From Oscillospiraceae bacterium (GTDB lineage: Bacteria > Bacillota > Clostridia > Oscillospirales > Acutalibacteraceae): 64,000 bases of DNA. Shown in pieces: positions 8,247-16,724 of the stretch; the first letter of the stretch is position 1; each line of letters begins with the position of its first letter. The translations under genes were made by a program, and so were the position numbers. Under the pieces are notes generated by a model that did no database searches, was not told the origin of the DNA, and worked only from the letters and a program-made list of their open reading frames with translations. Location: NCBI GenBank assembly GCA_015065805.1, contig SVPN01000004.1:17186-81185 (forward strand), in the 5' to 3' direction.

Positions 8247-8587
8247 ACTTGTGTACCTCCTCGAACAACCGTTAGAACAAACGTTCAACTATATTATACC
8301 GAACATTTTCAAAAAATCAAGTCTTTTGGCACAAAAAGAAATGCCAATTTTGTAACGAAAGGTGTCGCATATCTGCACACCTTGTGGTGTTTTCCACGTT
8401 TTTGACGCAAAATGTGGGCAATTTCGGCGTTTTCACCGCCTTTTTCCACATCCCGCTCATTTGTTCGGCGTTCACCCATTGTTCGCTCGTTTGTTCGGCA
8501 ATTTTGTTCACTTTTCCACCGCACAAGCAACGAAAACAGCAGGCAAACGCGCCGCTTGTTCGGCACGCTTGCCTGCTTATCTTTGTT

Positions 8588-9046
8588 TTATTCGCCTTGT
8601 TCATCCCGATTGCCCGAGCCGGACGGTCTCACAACCCGTCTTGCGCGCGGCTTCTCCGTCAACCGCGGCGCATTGTGCAACAGCACCAACAAGCAATCGT
8701 GATACGGTTCCTCAAGCACCTCTTCCCTGCACGCAAGTGCCAGCGCTTCCATCTCCTCCGCCGTAAAGCTGTTGCACAGCCATTGCCGAAACCGCTTGCG
8801 CGCCCGACTGTCGTGTGTGGAGCACTCCCAGCCGCGGGAACGGTAATCCCCCCAACGCTCGCGGCTAATCACCATCACCGCATACGAAAGACTTGTGGCA
8901 GTGTCCTGATGCTCACGCCACGTGATCTCGGAGAGAACGGCATTCTTGAGCCTGGGCAGCTCGTTGCCGTATTGCTCCATCCGATCCGACTTTTCGGCAA
9001 TCAACTGAACAAAACGGGCCATCCGTCCGGCAAACGATGCCGTCAT
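8588..9046 (-). CDS. Hypothetical protein
   Basis: 152-aa ORF with a plausible RBS region and native-like composition. No motif recognised. Confidence 0.4.
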   Translation of the reverse strand: MTASFAGRMARFVQLIAEKSDRMEQYGNELPRLKNAVLSEITWREHQDTATSLSYAVMVISRERWGDYRSRGWECSTHDSRARKRFRQWLCNSFTAEEMEALALACREEVLEEPYHDCLLVLLHNAPRLTEKPRARRVVRPSGSGNRDEQGE

Positions 9047-9124
9047 TCTATGCGCCTCCTTTATTTGCGTATCATCATTGTACCATAAAAAACGAAAAAA
9101 TGAACATTCTCCAAAAAATGGTGC

Positions 9125-9153
9125 GGATATTCATCAAACTGTGTGTCACACTA
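9125..9153 (+). promoter_or_regulatory. Candidate forespore-type (sigma-G/F-like) promoter GGATA-17-CACACTA upstream of the SASP gene
   Basis: The motifs were read directly. They resemble the Bacillus sigma-G consensus (GHATR-17/18-CATNNTA) with mismatches. SASP genes are classically sigma-G dependent. This is inference only. Confidence 0.35.
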
Positions 9154-9218
9154 ACCTTGCAAACGCGGACACGATGCGCGGCGCAAAACGCCGCTTGAAT
9201 AAAAGGAGAATACACGTT

Positions 9219-9410
9219 ATGGCTAAGAACAAGAATGTTGTCCCCGAAGCCCGCGAGGGCCTCAACCGTTTCAAGATGGAAGCTGCCAACGAAGTCGGCG
9301 TCAACCTCAAGCAGGGTTACAACGGCGACCTGACCTCGAAGCAGGCGGGCTCTGTCGGCGGCCAGATGGTCAAGAAGATGATCGAGTCCTATGAGAACAG
9401 CCTGAAATAA
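9219..9410 (+). CDS. ssp: Small acid-soluble spore protein, alpha/beta type
   Basis: ORF 9078..9410 trimmed to the ATG after AAAAGGAGA. MAKNKNVVPEAREGLNRFKMEAANEVGV...SKQAGSVGGQMVKKMIE carries the two conserved alpha/beta SASP blocks. Length is 63 aa. Confidence 0.9.
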   Translation: MAKNKNVVPEAREGLNRFKMEAANEVGVNLKQGYNGDLTSKQAGSVGGQMVKKMIESYENSLK

Positions 9411-9433
9411 CGCTGATTCTTTCAGGGACACAA

Positions 9434-9460
9434 AACGGGCGACCTGTCGGGTCGCCCGTT
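9434..9460. terminator. Bidirectional terminator hairpin between ssp (+) and uvrC (-)
   Basis: AACGGGCGACC-TGTCG-GGTCGCCCGTT perfect hairpin between convergent stops. Confidence 0.7.
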
Positions 9461-9464
9461 CTCA

Positions 9465-11300
9465 TTACATCGGATGCTCTTCAAAATACCGCACGATCGC
9501 GGCGGCAGTCGGCTTGGTCATCCCTTTGACCGTCATCAATTCCTCCTCGGTGGCACCCGATACCGCCTTCACCGAGCCGAAATGCTTCAAAAGTGCCTTA
9601 GCGCGCGTCTCACCGACCCCCTCGATGGCGGTCAGCGTGGTCGAGATCTTCCGGCTGCGGGTCTTGCGGTGATACCCGATCGCATAGCGGTGAACCTCCT
9701 CCTGCATCGACGACACCAGCGTGAATGCGGTGCGATGCGATTGCACGGAAAGCTCCTCCCCGCCCGCCGTAATGGCACGGGTACGGTGATGTCCGTCCTT
9801 GACAAGGCCAAACAACGGCACCTCGATCGCCATTTGTCTGAACACCTCGGCAACTGCCTGCACCTGCGCTTCACCGCCGTCAAGCAGGATCAAATCGGGC
9901 AGGCGGTCAAACCCGTCCGCACCCTCTTTATATTCGGCAAAACGGCGCGCAAGCACCTCCTGCATCGAAGCGGGGTCATCACCGCCTTTGGCAATGCGGA
10001 TAGCAAAGCGGCGATACGCACTCTTAAGCGGCTTGCCGTGTTCATAGACGATCATACCCGCAACGGGATCCTGCCCCGCCGTATGCGAAATATCGTAGCA
10101 TTCGATATACTGCGGCGGAGCCGACAGTCCAAGAAGCGATGCCAGCTCGTTGAGTGCGGTCGTTTCCCTGCCGCTCATACCGAGCTGATCGGCAAGATAC
10201 TGCGCGGCATTGTCGCGGCACATCGCCACAAGCTTTGCCTGATCCCCTTTTTGCGGACACACGATATGCACCCGCCGACCTGCCCGCTCAGAAAGATACT
10301 GCTCAAGGATCTCGGCATCCTCGGGCAGACCGTCCACGGTGATCTGCGGCGGGATCTCGCGTCCGCCCGCATAGTAGCGGCTTAGGAATTCCCCGCGATC
10401 CGCCGCCTCGCCTTCAATTTCGTCCACTATGTATTCCTCGCGGTCGGTCAATGCACCGCCGCGCACACGAAACACCTCAAAGCACGACCGACCGCTCGCA
10501 CGCACCATCGCGACCACATCCTGCTCCGTGACACGCGACATCACGACCTTCTGACGGCTGTCAATGCGTCGGATCGCGGCAATGCGGTCACGCAGACGCG
10601 CCGCCTTTTCAAATTCCATATTCTCTGCCGCCTGCATCATCTCTTCCTGCAGCTTGGCGATCATCGCACCGCTGCCGTGGGTGAGCAGATCCACCGCTCC
10701 CGCGACCCGCTCGGCATATTCCGCCTCCGTGACACGTCCCGTGCACGGCGCACAGCATTGCCCCAAATGGTGATTCAGACACGGACGCTCGGTGCGAAGC
10801 GGCTTTTTCCCGTATTGCAACACCCGCGTGCAGGTGGACAGACCGAACACCTTGTTTGCCTCATCCACCGCCTGCTTGATGCCGTACGAGCTCATATACG
10901 GCCCGATATACCGCGCACCGTCCTCCTGCTTTTGCTTGACGACCGCAATACGTGAAAACGGCGGCGGCGACACGCGGATATAATGATAGCCCTTGTCATC
11001 CTTCAGAAGAATGTTGTATTTCGGCGCATATTGCTTGATCAGTGAGCATTCCAGCACCAGTGCCTCGAACTCACTGCCGACCACGATGTATTCAAAGCGC
11101 TCCACGTGCGCGACCATCTGCCGCACCTTCGCAGAATGATTCGTCTGCGACCCGAAGTATTGACTGACGCGATTTTTAAGCTGTTTTGCCTTGCCGACAT
11201 AGATCACCTTATCGGATTTGTCGTGCATAATATACACACCCGGCAACAGCGGCAACGCCATTGCCGTTTTGCGCAGACGTTCCATCCGTTCGTCATTCAT
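9465..11300 (-). CDS. uvrC: Excinuclease ABC subunit C
   Basis: 611 aa. It has an N-terminal GIY-YIG domain (GVYIMHDKSDKVIYVGKAKQLKNRVSQY), a UVR domain, an endonuclease V-like region and a C-terminal HhH2. Confidence 0.95.
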   Translation of the reverse strand: MNDERMERLRKTAMALPLLPGVYIMHDKSDKVIYVGKAKQLKNRVSQYFGSQTNHSAKVRQMVAHVERFEYIVVGSEFEALVLECSLIKQYAPKYNILLKDDKGYHYIRVSPPPFSRIAVVKQKQEDGARYIGPYMSSYGIKQAVDEANKVFGLSTCTRVLQYGKKPLRTERPCLNHHLGQCCAPCTGRVTEAEYAERVAGAVDLLTHGSGAMIAKLQEEMMQAAENMEFEKAARLRDRIAAIRRIDSRQKVVMSRVTEQDVVAMVRASGRSCFEVFRVRGGALTDREEYIVDEIEGEAADRGEFLSRYYAGGREIPPQITVDGLPEDAEILEQYLSERAGRRVHIVCPQKGDQAKLVAMCRDNAAQYLADQLGMSGRETTALNELASLLGLSAPPQYIECYDISHTAGQDPVAGMIVYEHGKPLKSAYRRFAIRIAKGGDDPASMQEVLARRFAEYKEGADGFDRLPDLILLDGGEAQVQAVAEVFRQMAIEVPLFGLVKDGHHRTRAITAGGEELSVQSHRTAFTLVSSMQEEVHRYAIGYHRKTRSRKISTTLTAIEGVGETRAKALLKHFGSVKAVSGATEEELMTVKGMTKPTAAAIVRYFEEHPM

Positions 11301-11403
11301 CGGTGATCACCTCGGTGTATGTATTATAGGTAGCCGCCGCAGGTTCGCGGCGATCGTTGCCTCCCTCCTTGTGGGTGTTTGATCGCAAGACCCACGGTAG
11401 GAT

Positions 11404-11460
11404 TGTAGGGAACGGATTTATCCGTTCCGTTCAAAACGGAAGGCATGAATGCCTCCCCTA
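11404..11460. other. 57-nt cloverleaf-like structured element (three 5-bp hairpins closed by a 6-bp stem)
   Basis: GTAGGGA|ACGGAtttaTCCGT|TCCGTtcaaaACGGA|AGGCAtgaaTGCCT|CCCCTAC was read directly in the uvrC-ptsH intergenic region. Confidence 0.5.
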
Positions 11461-11660
11461 CAAAATCTTATCGAAGGAGGATTCCGTCTTGTTTTACGCG
11501 ACCGCGCCCAAAGGACGCACGGTTCTCAGAGTCTGCGCGCCGCAAGCCTCCCCTTGCTTCAATGGGAGCACGCTTTCCCCTGCCCAACGATTTTACCCGT
11601 CCGCGCAATCTGTAAGTTGAGTATACCACACATCCGCTGCAAACACAATCGTAAAAACGC

Positions 11661-11699
11661 AAAAACGCCATCGGCAAGCTGCCGATGGCGTTTTTTTTC
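11661..11699 (-). terminator. Intrinsic terminator of ptsH (bidirectional in form)
   Basis: ACGCCATCGGCA-AGC-TGCCGATGGCGT hairpin flanked by A5 and T8 runs, immediately downstream of the ptsH stop. Confidence 0.85.
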
Positions 11700-11705
11700 T
11701 TGAAA

Positions 11706-11969
11706 TTAGTCAGCGAAACCGGACTGCACCAGCGCCACAAGCGCTTCGACAGCGTCTTCTTCGTCAGCGCCGTCCGCGATCACGCGGATGTCGGTGCCGC
11801 CGACGATGCCCAGAGAAAGGACACCCAGAAGGCTCTTCGCGTTGACGCGGCGCTCTTCCTTCTCAACCCAGATGGAAGCCTTGAACTCATTGGCCTTCTG
11901 GATAAAGAACGTTGCGGGACGAGCGTGCAGACCAACCTGATTCTGAACCATTACGTCTTTGACATACAT
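11706..11969 (-). CDS. ptsH: Phosphocarrier protein HPr
   Basis: 87 aa. It has the His15 motif GLHARPA and the Ser46 motif NAKSLLGVLSLG. Confidence 0.95.
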   Translation of the reverse strand: MYVKDVMVQNQVGLHARPATFFIQKANEFKASIWVEKEERRVNAKSLLGVLSLGIVGGTDIRVIADGADEEDAVEALVALVQSGFAD

Positions 11970-12244
11970 GATGCATCTATCTCCTTTTTTTCTTCACGGA
12001 TCATCCCCGCGAAAGAATGATTTGCCTTAATCGGAACACGCTTATTATACCACAAAAATATGCCGCGTCAAATGCTTTTGCGCCTGTTTTGACCAATTTT
12101 CGGCAATTTTGTACACCTGCCTTATTTTACGACTGTTTAAAAACCCCGATTTGGCCATTTTGACATAGTTTTTTCAAATATTTTTGGTTTTCCTTTACAA
12201 CAAAAGAGCCTGATTATCGTTATTTTAACCGAAAAATACGCCGA

Positions 12245-13000
12245 TCATTCCGGATCGGCGTTGTTTTCTTCGGTAAATGTTGCCAAAAACCCGATATCTC
12301 GTTTGGTCAGCTGAGCCGTTTCCAAAAGATCGGGGCGGTGTTGCTTGGTGCGGTAAAGCGATTGCCGACGCCGCCACAGCTCAATGCGCTTGTGATCGCC
12401 CGACAGCAACACCTGCGGGATCTCGCGTCCCTCCCACACCGCAGGACGGGTGTACTGCGGATATTCCAGCAATCCGCTGTAATGGCTCTCATCCTCAAAG
12501 CACACATCCTCCGACAGCACCCCGGGGATCATACGGGAAATGCAATCGGCAAGCACCAGCGCAGGAAGCTCACCGCCCGTCAGCACATAATCGCCGATGG
12601 AGATCTGCTCATCCACAAGAGCATCCAGCACACGCTCGTCCACGCCCTCGTAATGACCGCACAGAATGCACAGATTGTCCATCTTCGCCAGTTCTTTGGC
12701 GCGTTCCTGCGTCAGGGTTTTCCCCTGCGGAGACATATAGATCAGGTGCGGGCGCGTACCCGCCTGCTCACAGACGGCGCGGAAGCAATCGGCAATCGGC
12801 TGTGCATACATAATCATCCCCTGTCCGCCGCCGTAGGGATAGTCGTCCACCTGCTTTTGCTTGTTGAGTGTGTAATCACGGATCTGGTGAGTGTGAAACT
12901 CCAGGATCCCTTTTTTACGCGCTCTGCCGATAATGCTCTCGGACAACACCGTCTCGCACATATCGGTAAACAGCGTCATAATATCAATTCTCATCGTCAA
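12245..13000 (-). CDS. trmD: tRNA (guanine37-N1)-methyltransferase
   Basis: 251 aa. The MRIDIMTLFTDM start and YGGGQGM and GHYEGVDERV motifs are typical of TrmD. It overlaps the rimM stop by 17 nt. Confidence 0.95.
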   Translation of the reverse strand: MTMRIDIMTLFTDMCETVLSESIIGRARKKGILEFHTHQIRDYTLNKQKQVDDYPYGGGQGMIMYAQPIADCFRAVCEQAGTRPHLIYMSPQGKTLTQERAKELAKMDNLCILCGHYEGVDERVLDALVDEQISIGDYVLTGGELPALVLADCISRMIPGVLSEDVCFEDESHYSGLLEYPQYTRPAVWEGREIPQVLLSGDHKRIELWRRRQSLYRTKQHRPDLLETAQLTKRDIGFLATFTEENNADPE

Positions 13001-13499
13001 ACAAGCCTCCGATGGGTGTGATGCGGATCACACCGCCGTCGATATCCACCTCTTTGATGATGAGCGGCACAGCGGGAATGAGCACCTCACCGTTTGCCGT
13101 CTGCACGTGATACACGGCATTGGCACCCGTCTGGCTGACATCCGTCAGCGTACCGTATGTCTCACCGCTGTCCGCGTCGATCACGCTAAGCCCCTGCAGA
13201 TCCCGCACAAAATAACGGTCCTCGGGCAAGCGGAAATCGTCGCGGTGAGCAAAGAGCATTTTCCCACGCAACGCCTGCGCCTGCTCAACTGTCTGCACGC
13301 CGTCAAGCGTGACAAGCGCAATGTTCTTATGTACACGGGCACGCACCTTGACAGGTTTTGTGCCGTTTTCATCCCAGTACAGGGTCTTCATTTTGCATAA
13401 CTGTTCAGGCGAATCGCACCACGGCTGTACGCGCACTTCCCCGCGCACACCGTGCGTGCCGACGATCTCGCCCGCTTCCAGATACATCACTTTCGGCAT
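12984..13499 (-). CDS. rimM: 16S rRNA processing protein RimM
   Basis: 171 aa. It has the N-terminal GEIVGTHGVRGEVRV RimM motif and a PRC-barrel C-terminus, and lies immediately upstream of trmD. Confidence 0.9.
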   Translation of the reverse strand: MPKVMYLEAGEIVGTHGVRGEVRVQPWCDSPEQLCKMKTLYWDENGTKPVKVRARVHKNIALVTLDGVQTVEQAQALRGKMLFAHRDDFRLPEDRYFVRDLQGLSVIDADSGETYGTLTDVSQTGANAVYHVQTANGEVLIPAVPLIIKEVDIDGGVIRITPIGGLFDDEN

Positions 13500-13645
13500 T
13501 CCGATGCCCTCCTTATTTTAAGCCTGCAAATGAAAATTTCGTGTGATAGATTGCCTCAAAACTTGAAATACGACAGCCTTGCAAGGAGAATAACGCCGTT
13601 AAAGGCAAAACACACAATATCAGCGGCAGGTTCGGGTATCTCCTG

Positions 13646-14647
13646 TTACGCTAACCACAGCGCCTCGGTTTCGTGGCGCATCGGGCGGCACATCAAGGCT
13701 TTGAGTGCATCGCGCGGGGACGCATCCTCGTAGCAGATGCGATAGCACTGTTCCGTGATGGGCATATCCACACCCATTTTCTGTGCTAAACGGAACGCCG
13801 TTGCCGCGGCAAAATACCCTTCCACCGTACCGACCTCCGCAATGGCATCCTTGGGGGCTTTTCCTTTACCGATGAGGATGCCCGCACGGCGGTTACGCGA
13901 GTGCATACTGCCGCAGGTGACGATCAGATCGCCCATACCCGACAGTCCCGCAAACGTTTCCGCCCGCGCACCGAGTGCCGTTCCTAAGCGGGCGATCTCG
14001 GCAAGTCCGCGGGTCATCAGTGCCGCTTTGGTGTTGTCACCCATGCTCAGTCCGTCGCAGATACCCGCGGCAAGCGCAATGACGTTTTTAAGAGCGCCGC
14101 CGAGCTCCGCACCGATCACATCGTCGGTGACGTAAATGCGGAAGCTGCCGTTCATCAACAGCTCCTGCACCTGCTCTGCCGCCGACACATCGGCGCTTGC
14201 GCACACAATGGAGGTCGGCACGGCACGCGCGACCTCTTCAGCGTGAGAAGGACCTGTCAGTGCCACCACACGCGCGAAGGGAAGTTGCTCCTTCACAACC
14301 TCCGTCAGACGCTTGAACGTGGTATCCTCAAGACCCTTGCTGACATTGACGATCAACGCGCCGTCTGCAATGACACCCTGAAGCATTTCGGCAGTCTTCG
14401 ACACCGCAAAGGACGGCACCGCCATCAGCACCGCATCCGCACCGGCCGCACAGCCGATATCGGTCGTCAGCTCAATGGACGGCGGCACGGGCACTCCGGG
14501 CAACAGCCGACGGTGCTCTCCGTGACGACGGATCTCACAAAGCTCTTCTTCAAACGGTGACCACAAACGCACCGTATGCCCCTCACGGTCGGCCATCACG
14601 GCAAGTGCCGTGCCGAAGCCGGCACCGAGAACGGTAATTACAGCCAT
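13646..14647 (-). CDS. gpsA: NAD(P)H-dependent glycerol-3-phosphate dehydrogenase
   Basis: 333 aa. It has an N-terminal Rossmann GAGFGTALA and conserved GALKNVIALAAG and GDLIVTC blocks. Confidence 0.95.
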   Translation of the reverse strand: MAVITVLGAGFGTALAVMADREGHTVRLWSPFEEELCEIRRHGEHRRLLPGVPVPPSIELTTDIGCAAGADAVLMAVPSFAVSKTAEMLQGVIADGALIVNVSKGLEDTTFKRLTEVVKEQLPFARVVALTGPSHAEEVARAVPTSIVCASADVSAAEQVQELLMNGSFRIYVTDDVIGAELGGALKNVIALAAGICDGLSMGDNTKAALMTRGLAEIARLGTALGARAETFAGLSGMGDLIVTCGSMHSRNRRAGILIGKGKAPKDAIAEVGTVEGYFAAATAFRLAQKMGVDMPITEQCYRICYEDASPRDALKALMCRPMRHETEALWLA

Positions 14648-14659
14648 GGCGAGCCCTCC

Positions 14660-15340
14660 TTACGATTTCTTTTGACCGATTTTGTTTTCGGTTCCGTTGA
14701 GAATGCGTTTGATGTTCGCGCTGTGCTTCATAACCGCCAGACCGACCACAAAGATCGTCATAGCCGTGACAAACGCAATACACGCCGCACTTTCGTGCAC
14801 CACATATTTAAAACGGATAAAGATGGACAGGCACAGTGCCACACCCGCCAGAATGGAACCGAGGGACACCATTTTGGACAGCAATACCACAATCGCAAAT
14901 ACACCGAGTCCGATAAGTGCCGTCGGCCAGTCCACCACGAGCATCATCCCCAGCACCGTCAGCACACCCTTGCCGCCGCGGAAGCCGAAATACAGCGGAT
15001 ACATATGCCCGATCACACACGCGGCACCCGCGACAAACGCGCCGTAATATCCTAAATGGGCAACGCCGCACAGCGGAAACCACACAAATTGCGCGAGCAA
15101 CGCCGACACGACGGCTTTACCGACATCACCAAGCGATGTCAGTGCCGCTAATTTTTTGCCGTGGGAACGGAGCACATTGGTTGCACCCGCATTACCGCTT
15201 CCCTTTTCGCGGATATCCTCGTGGGTAAATGCCTTGGTCACGATAATCGCAAAATCCAGGCTGCCGAGCAAATACGCCGTCACCGCCGAAATCAGCAACG
15301 GCAGCCACGTATAGCTGAGTACCGTCAACACAAAATCCAT
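14660..15340 (-). CDS. plsY: Glycerol-3-phosphate acyltransferase PlsY
   Basis: Polytopic membrane protein with GSGNAGATNV and FRGGKGV motifs. Confidence 0.9.
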   Translation of the reverse strand: MDFVLTVLSYTWLPLLISAVTAYLLGSLDFAIIVTKAFTHEDIREKGSGNAGATNVLRSHGKKLAALTSLGDVGKAVVSALLAQFVWFPLCGVAHLGYYGAFVAGAACVIGHMYPLYFGFRGGKGVLTVLGMMLVVDWPTALIGLGVFAIVVLLSKMVSLGSILAGVALCLSIFIRFKYVVHESAACIAFVTAMTIFVVGLAVMKHSANIKRILNGTENKIGQKKS

Positions 15341-15363
15341 CGTTTATGACTCCTCTCGTCGGA

Positions 15364-16692
15364 TCACTTGCTTGATTCACCGCGCTCACGCACGATAAAG
15401 CGGATGGGGGTTCCTTCCAAGCCAAAGGTTTCGCGGATCTGATTTTCCAGGTAGCGTTGATAGGAGAAATGGAACAGCTCCGCGCTGTTAACAAAGCATA
15501 CAAAGGTCGGCGGTGCCACCGCCGCCTGCGTCATATAGAAAATGCGCAGACGGCGACCCTTATCCGACGGCGGCTGCACACGGGCAGTTGCCTGTGCCAG
15601 CACATCGTTGAGCATACCCGTGGCAATACGGGTCATATTCTGCTCGTGTACATAACAGATCAGCTCATACAAACGGTCAAGGCGCTGACCCGTTTTCGCG
15701 CTGATGAACACAAACGGCGCATAGGACATAAAGCTGAAGTCCTCCATCAGCTTTTTGCGCATCTGATCCATCGTCTTGTCGTCTTTTTCAACGGCATCCC
15801 ATTTGTTGACCGCAATGATGCACGCCTTGCCCTGTTCGTGTGCGATACCCGCCACCTTGCTGTCCTGCTCGGTAAAGCCTTCGGTAGCATCGATCATGAT
15901 CACGCACACATCCGCACGCTCCACCGCCATTTTGGCGCGGAGCACGCTGTATTTTTCAACATCGTCGTTGACCTTGCTCTTGCGGCGAAGTCCCGCCGTG
16001 TCGATAAAGAGGAAGCGTCCGAATTTGTTTTCCACTTCCGTGTCGATCGCATCGCGCGTTGTACCCGCAATATCCGACACAATGGAACGCTGTGTACCCG
16101 ACACCTTGTTCACAAGCGAGGATTTGCCGGCGTTGGGGCGACCGATCACCGCCACCTTGATTATGCCCTCTTCCTCTTCCTGCTCGGTCGGATCGGGCAG
16201 ATGCGCCGTCACCGCATCCAGCAAATCGCCCGTGCCGTGACCGTGCACCGAGGACACGGGAATGGGATCACCGAGTCCGAGGTTGTAAAATTCATAGAAA
16301 TCGGGAGGCACTTCACCGACACCGTCGCATTTGTTGACACACAGCACGACGGGTTTTCCCGAGCGTTGCAGCATACTTGCCACTTCCGCATCGTTAGCGG
16401 TCAGTCCCGAGCGCACATCGGTCACCAGTACGATCACATCCGCCTGTTCGATGGCAAGCTGTGCCTGATAGCGCATCTGCGACAAAATCACATCGTCGCT
16501 GTACGGCTCGATACCGCCCGTATCGGCAAGCATAAACGTGTGACCGTTCCATTCGCACGGCGCGAAAATACGGTCACGCGTCACACCGGGAGTATCCTTC
16601 ACAATGGACAGTCGCTGTCCGATGAGCTTATTGAACAAGGTGGATTTTCCCACATTCGGGCGGCCGACAACCGCCACAACCGGTCTTCCCAT
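15364..16692 (-). CDS. der: Ribosome-associated GTPase Der/EngA
   Basis: Two tandem GTPase domains (GRPNVGKST and GRPNAGKSS P-loops) plus a KH-like C-terminus. The start is set at the ATG after GGAGG; the ORF-track start is an upstream TTG. Confidence 0.95.
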   Translation of the reverse strand: MGRPVVAVVGRPNVGKSTLFNKLIGQRLSIVKDTPGVTRDRIFAPCEWNGHTFMLADTGGIEPYSDDVILSQMRYQAQLAIEQADVIVLVTDVRSGLTANDAEVASMLQRSGKPVVLCVNKCDGVGEVPPDFYEFYNLGLGDPIPVSSVHGHGTGDLLDAVTAHLPDPTEQEEEEGIIKVAVIGRPNAGKSSLVNKVSGTQRSIVSDIAGTTRDAIDTEVENKFGRFLFIDTAGLRRKSKVNDDVEKYSVLRAKMAVERADVCVIMIDATEGFTEQDSKVAGIAHEQGKACIIAVNKWDAVEKDDKTMDQMRKKLMEDFSFMSYAPFVFISAKTGQRLDRLYELICYVHEQNMTRIATGMLNDVLAQATARVQPPSDKGRRLRIFYMTQAAVAPPTFVCFVNSAELFHFSYQRYLENQIRETFGLEGTPIRFIVRERGESSK

Positions 16693-16724
16693 CCTCAAGC
16701 CCTCCTTTATATATAAAGTATTCC

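Noticed and set aside
8588-9046. Tempting to label the 152-aa protein as a regulator or toxin-antitoxin component
   Set aside because: I recognise no HTH, toxin fold or partner gene, so it is left as hypothetical.
11404-11460. The cloverleaf-like fold as a tRNA or tRNA fragment
   Set aside because: It is only 57 nt, with 4-5-nt loops. It has no 7-nt anticodon loop, no T-loop GTTCRANNC or D-loop motifs, and no CCA/discriminator context.
15457-16716. A 419-aa plus-strand ORF opposite der. Similar long antisense ORFs occur at 24167..25759, 31349..32581, 36168..37223, 39054..40058, 47701..48846, 55488..57149 and 61104..62444.
   Set aside because: These are typical high-GC shadow ORFs. Each lies fully antisense to a gene with unmistakable conserved motifs. 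Their translations are Arg/His/Gly-rich with no recognisable domains, and they have no RBS.
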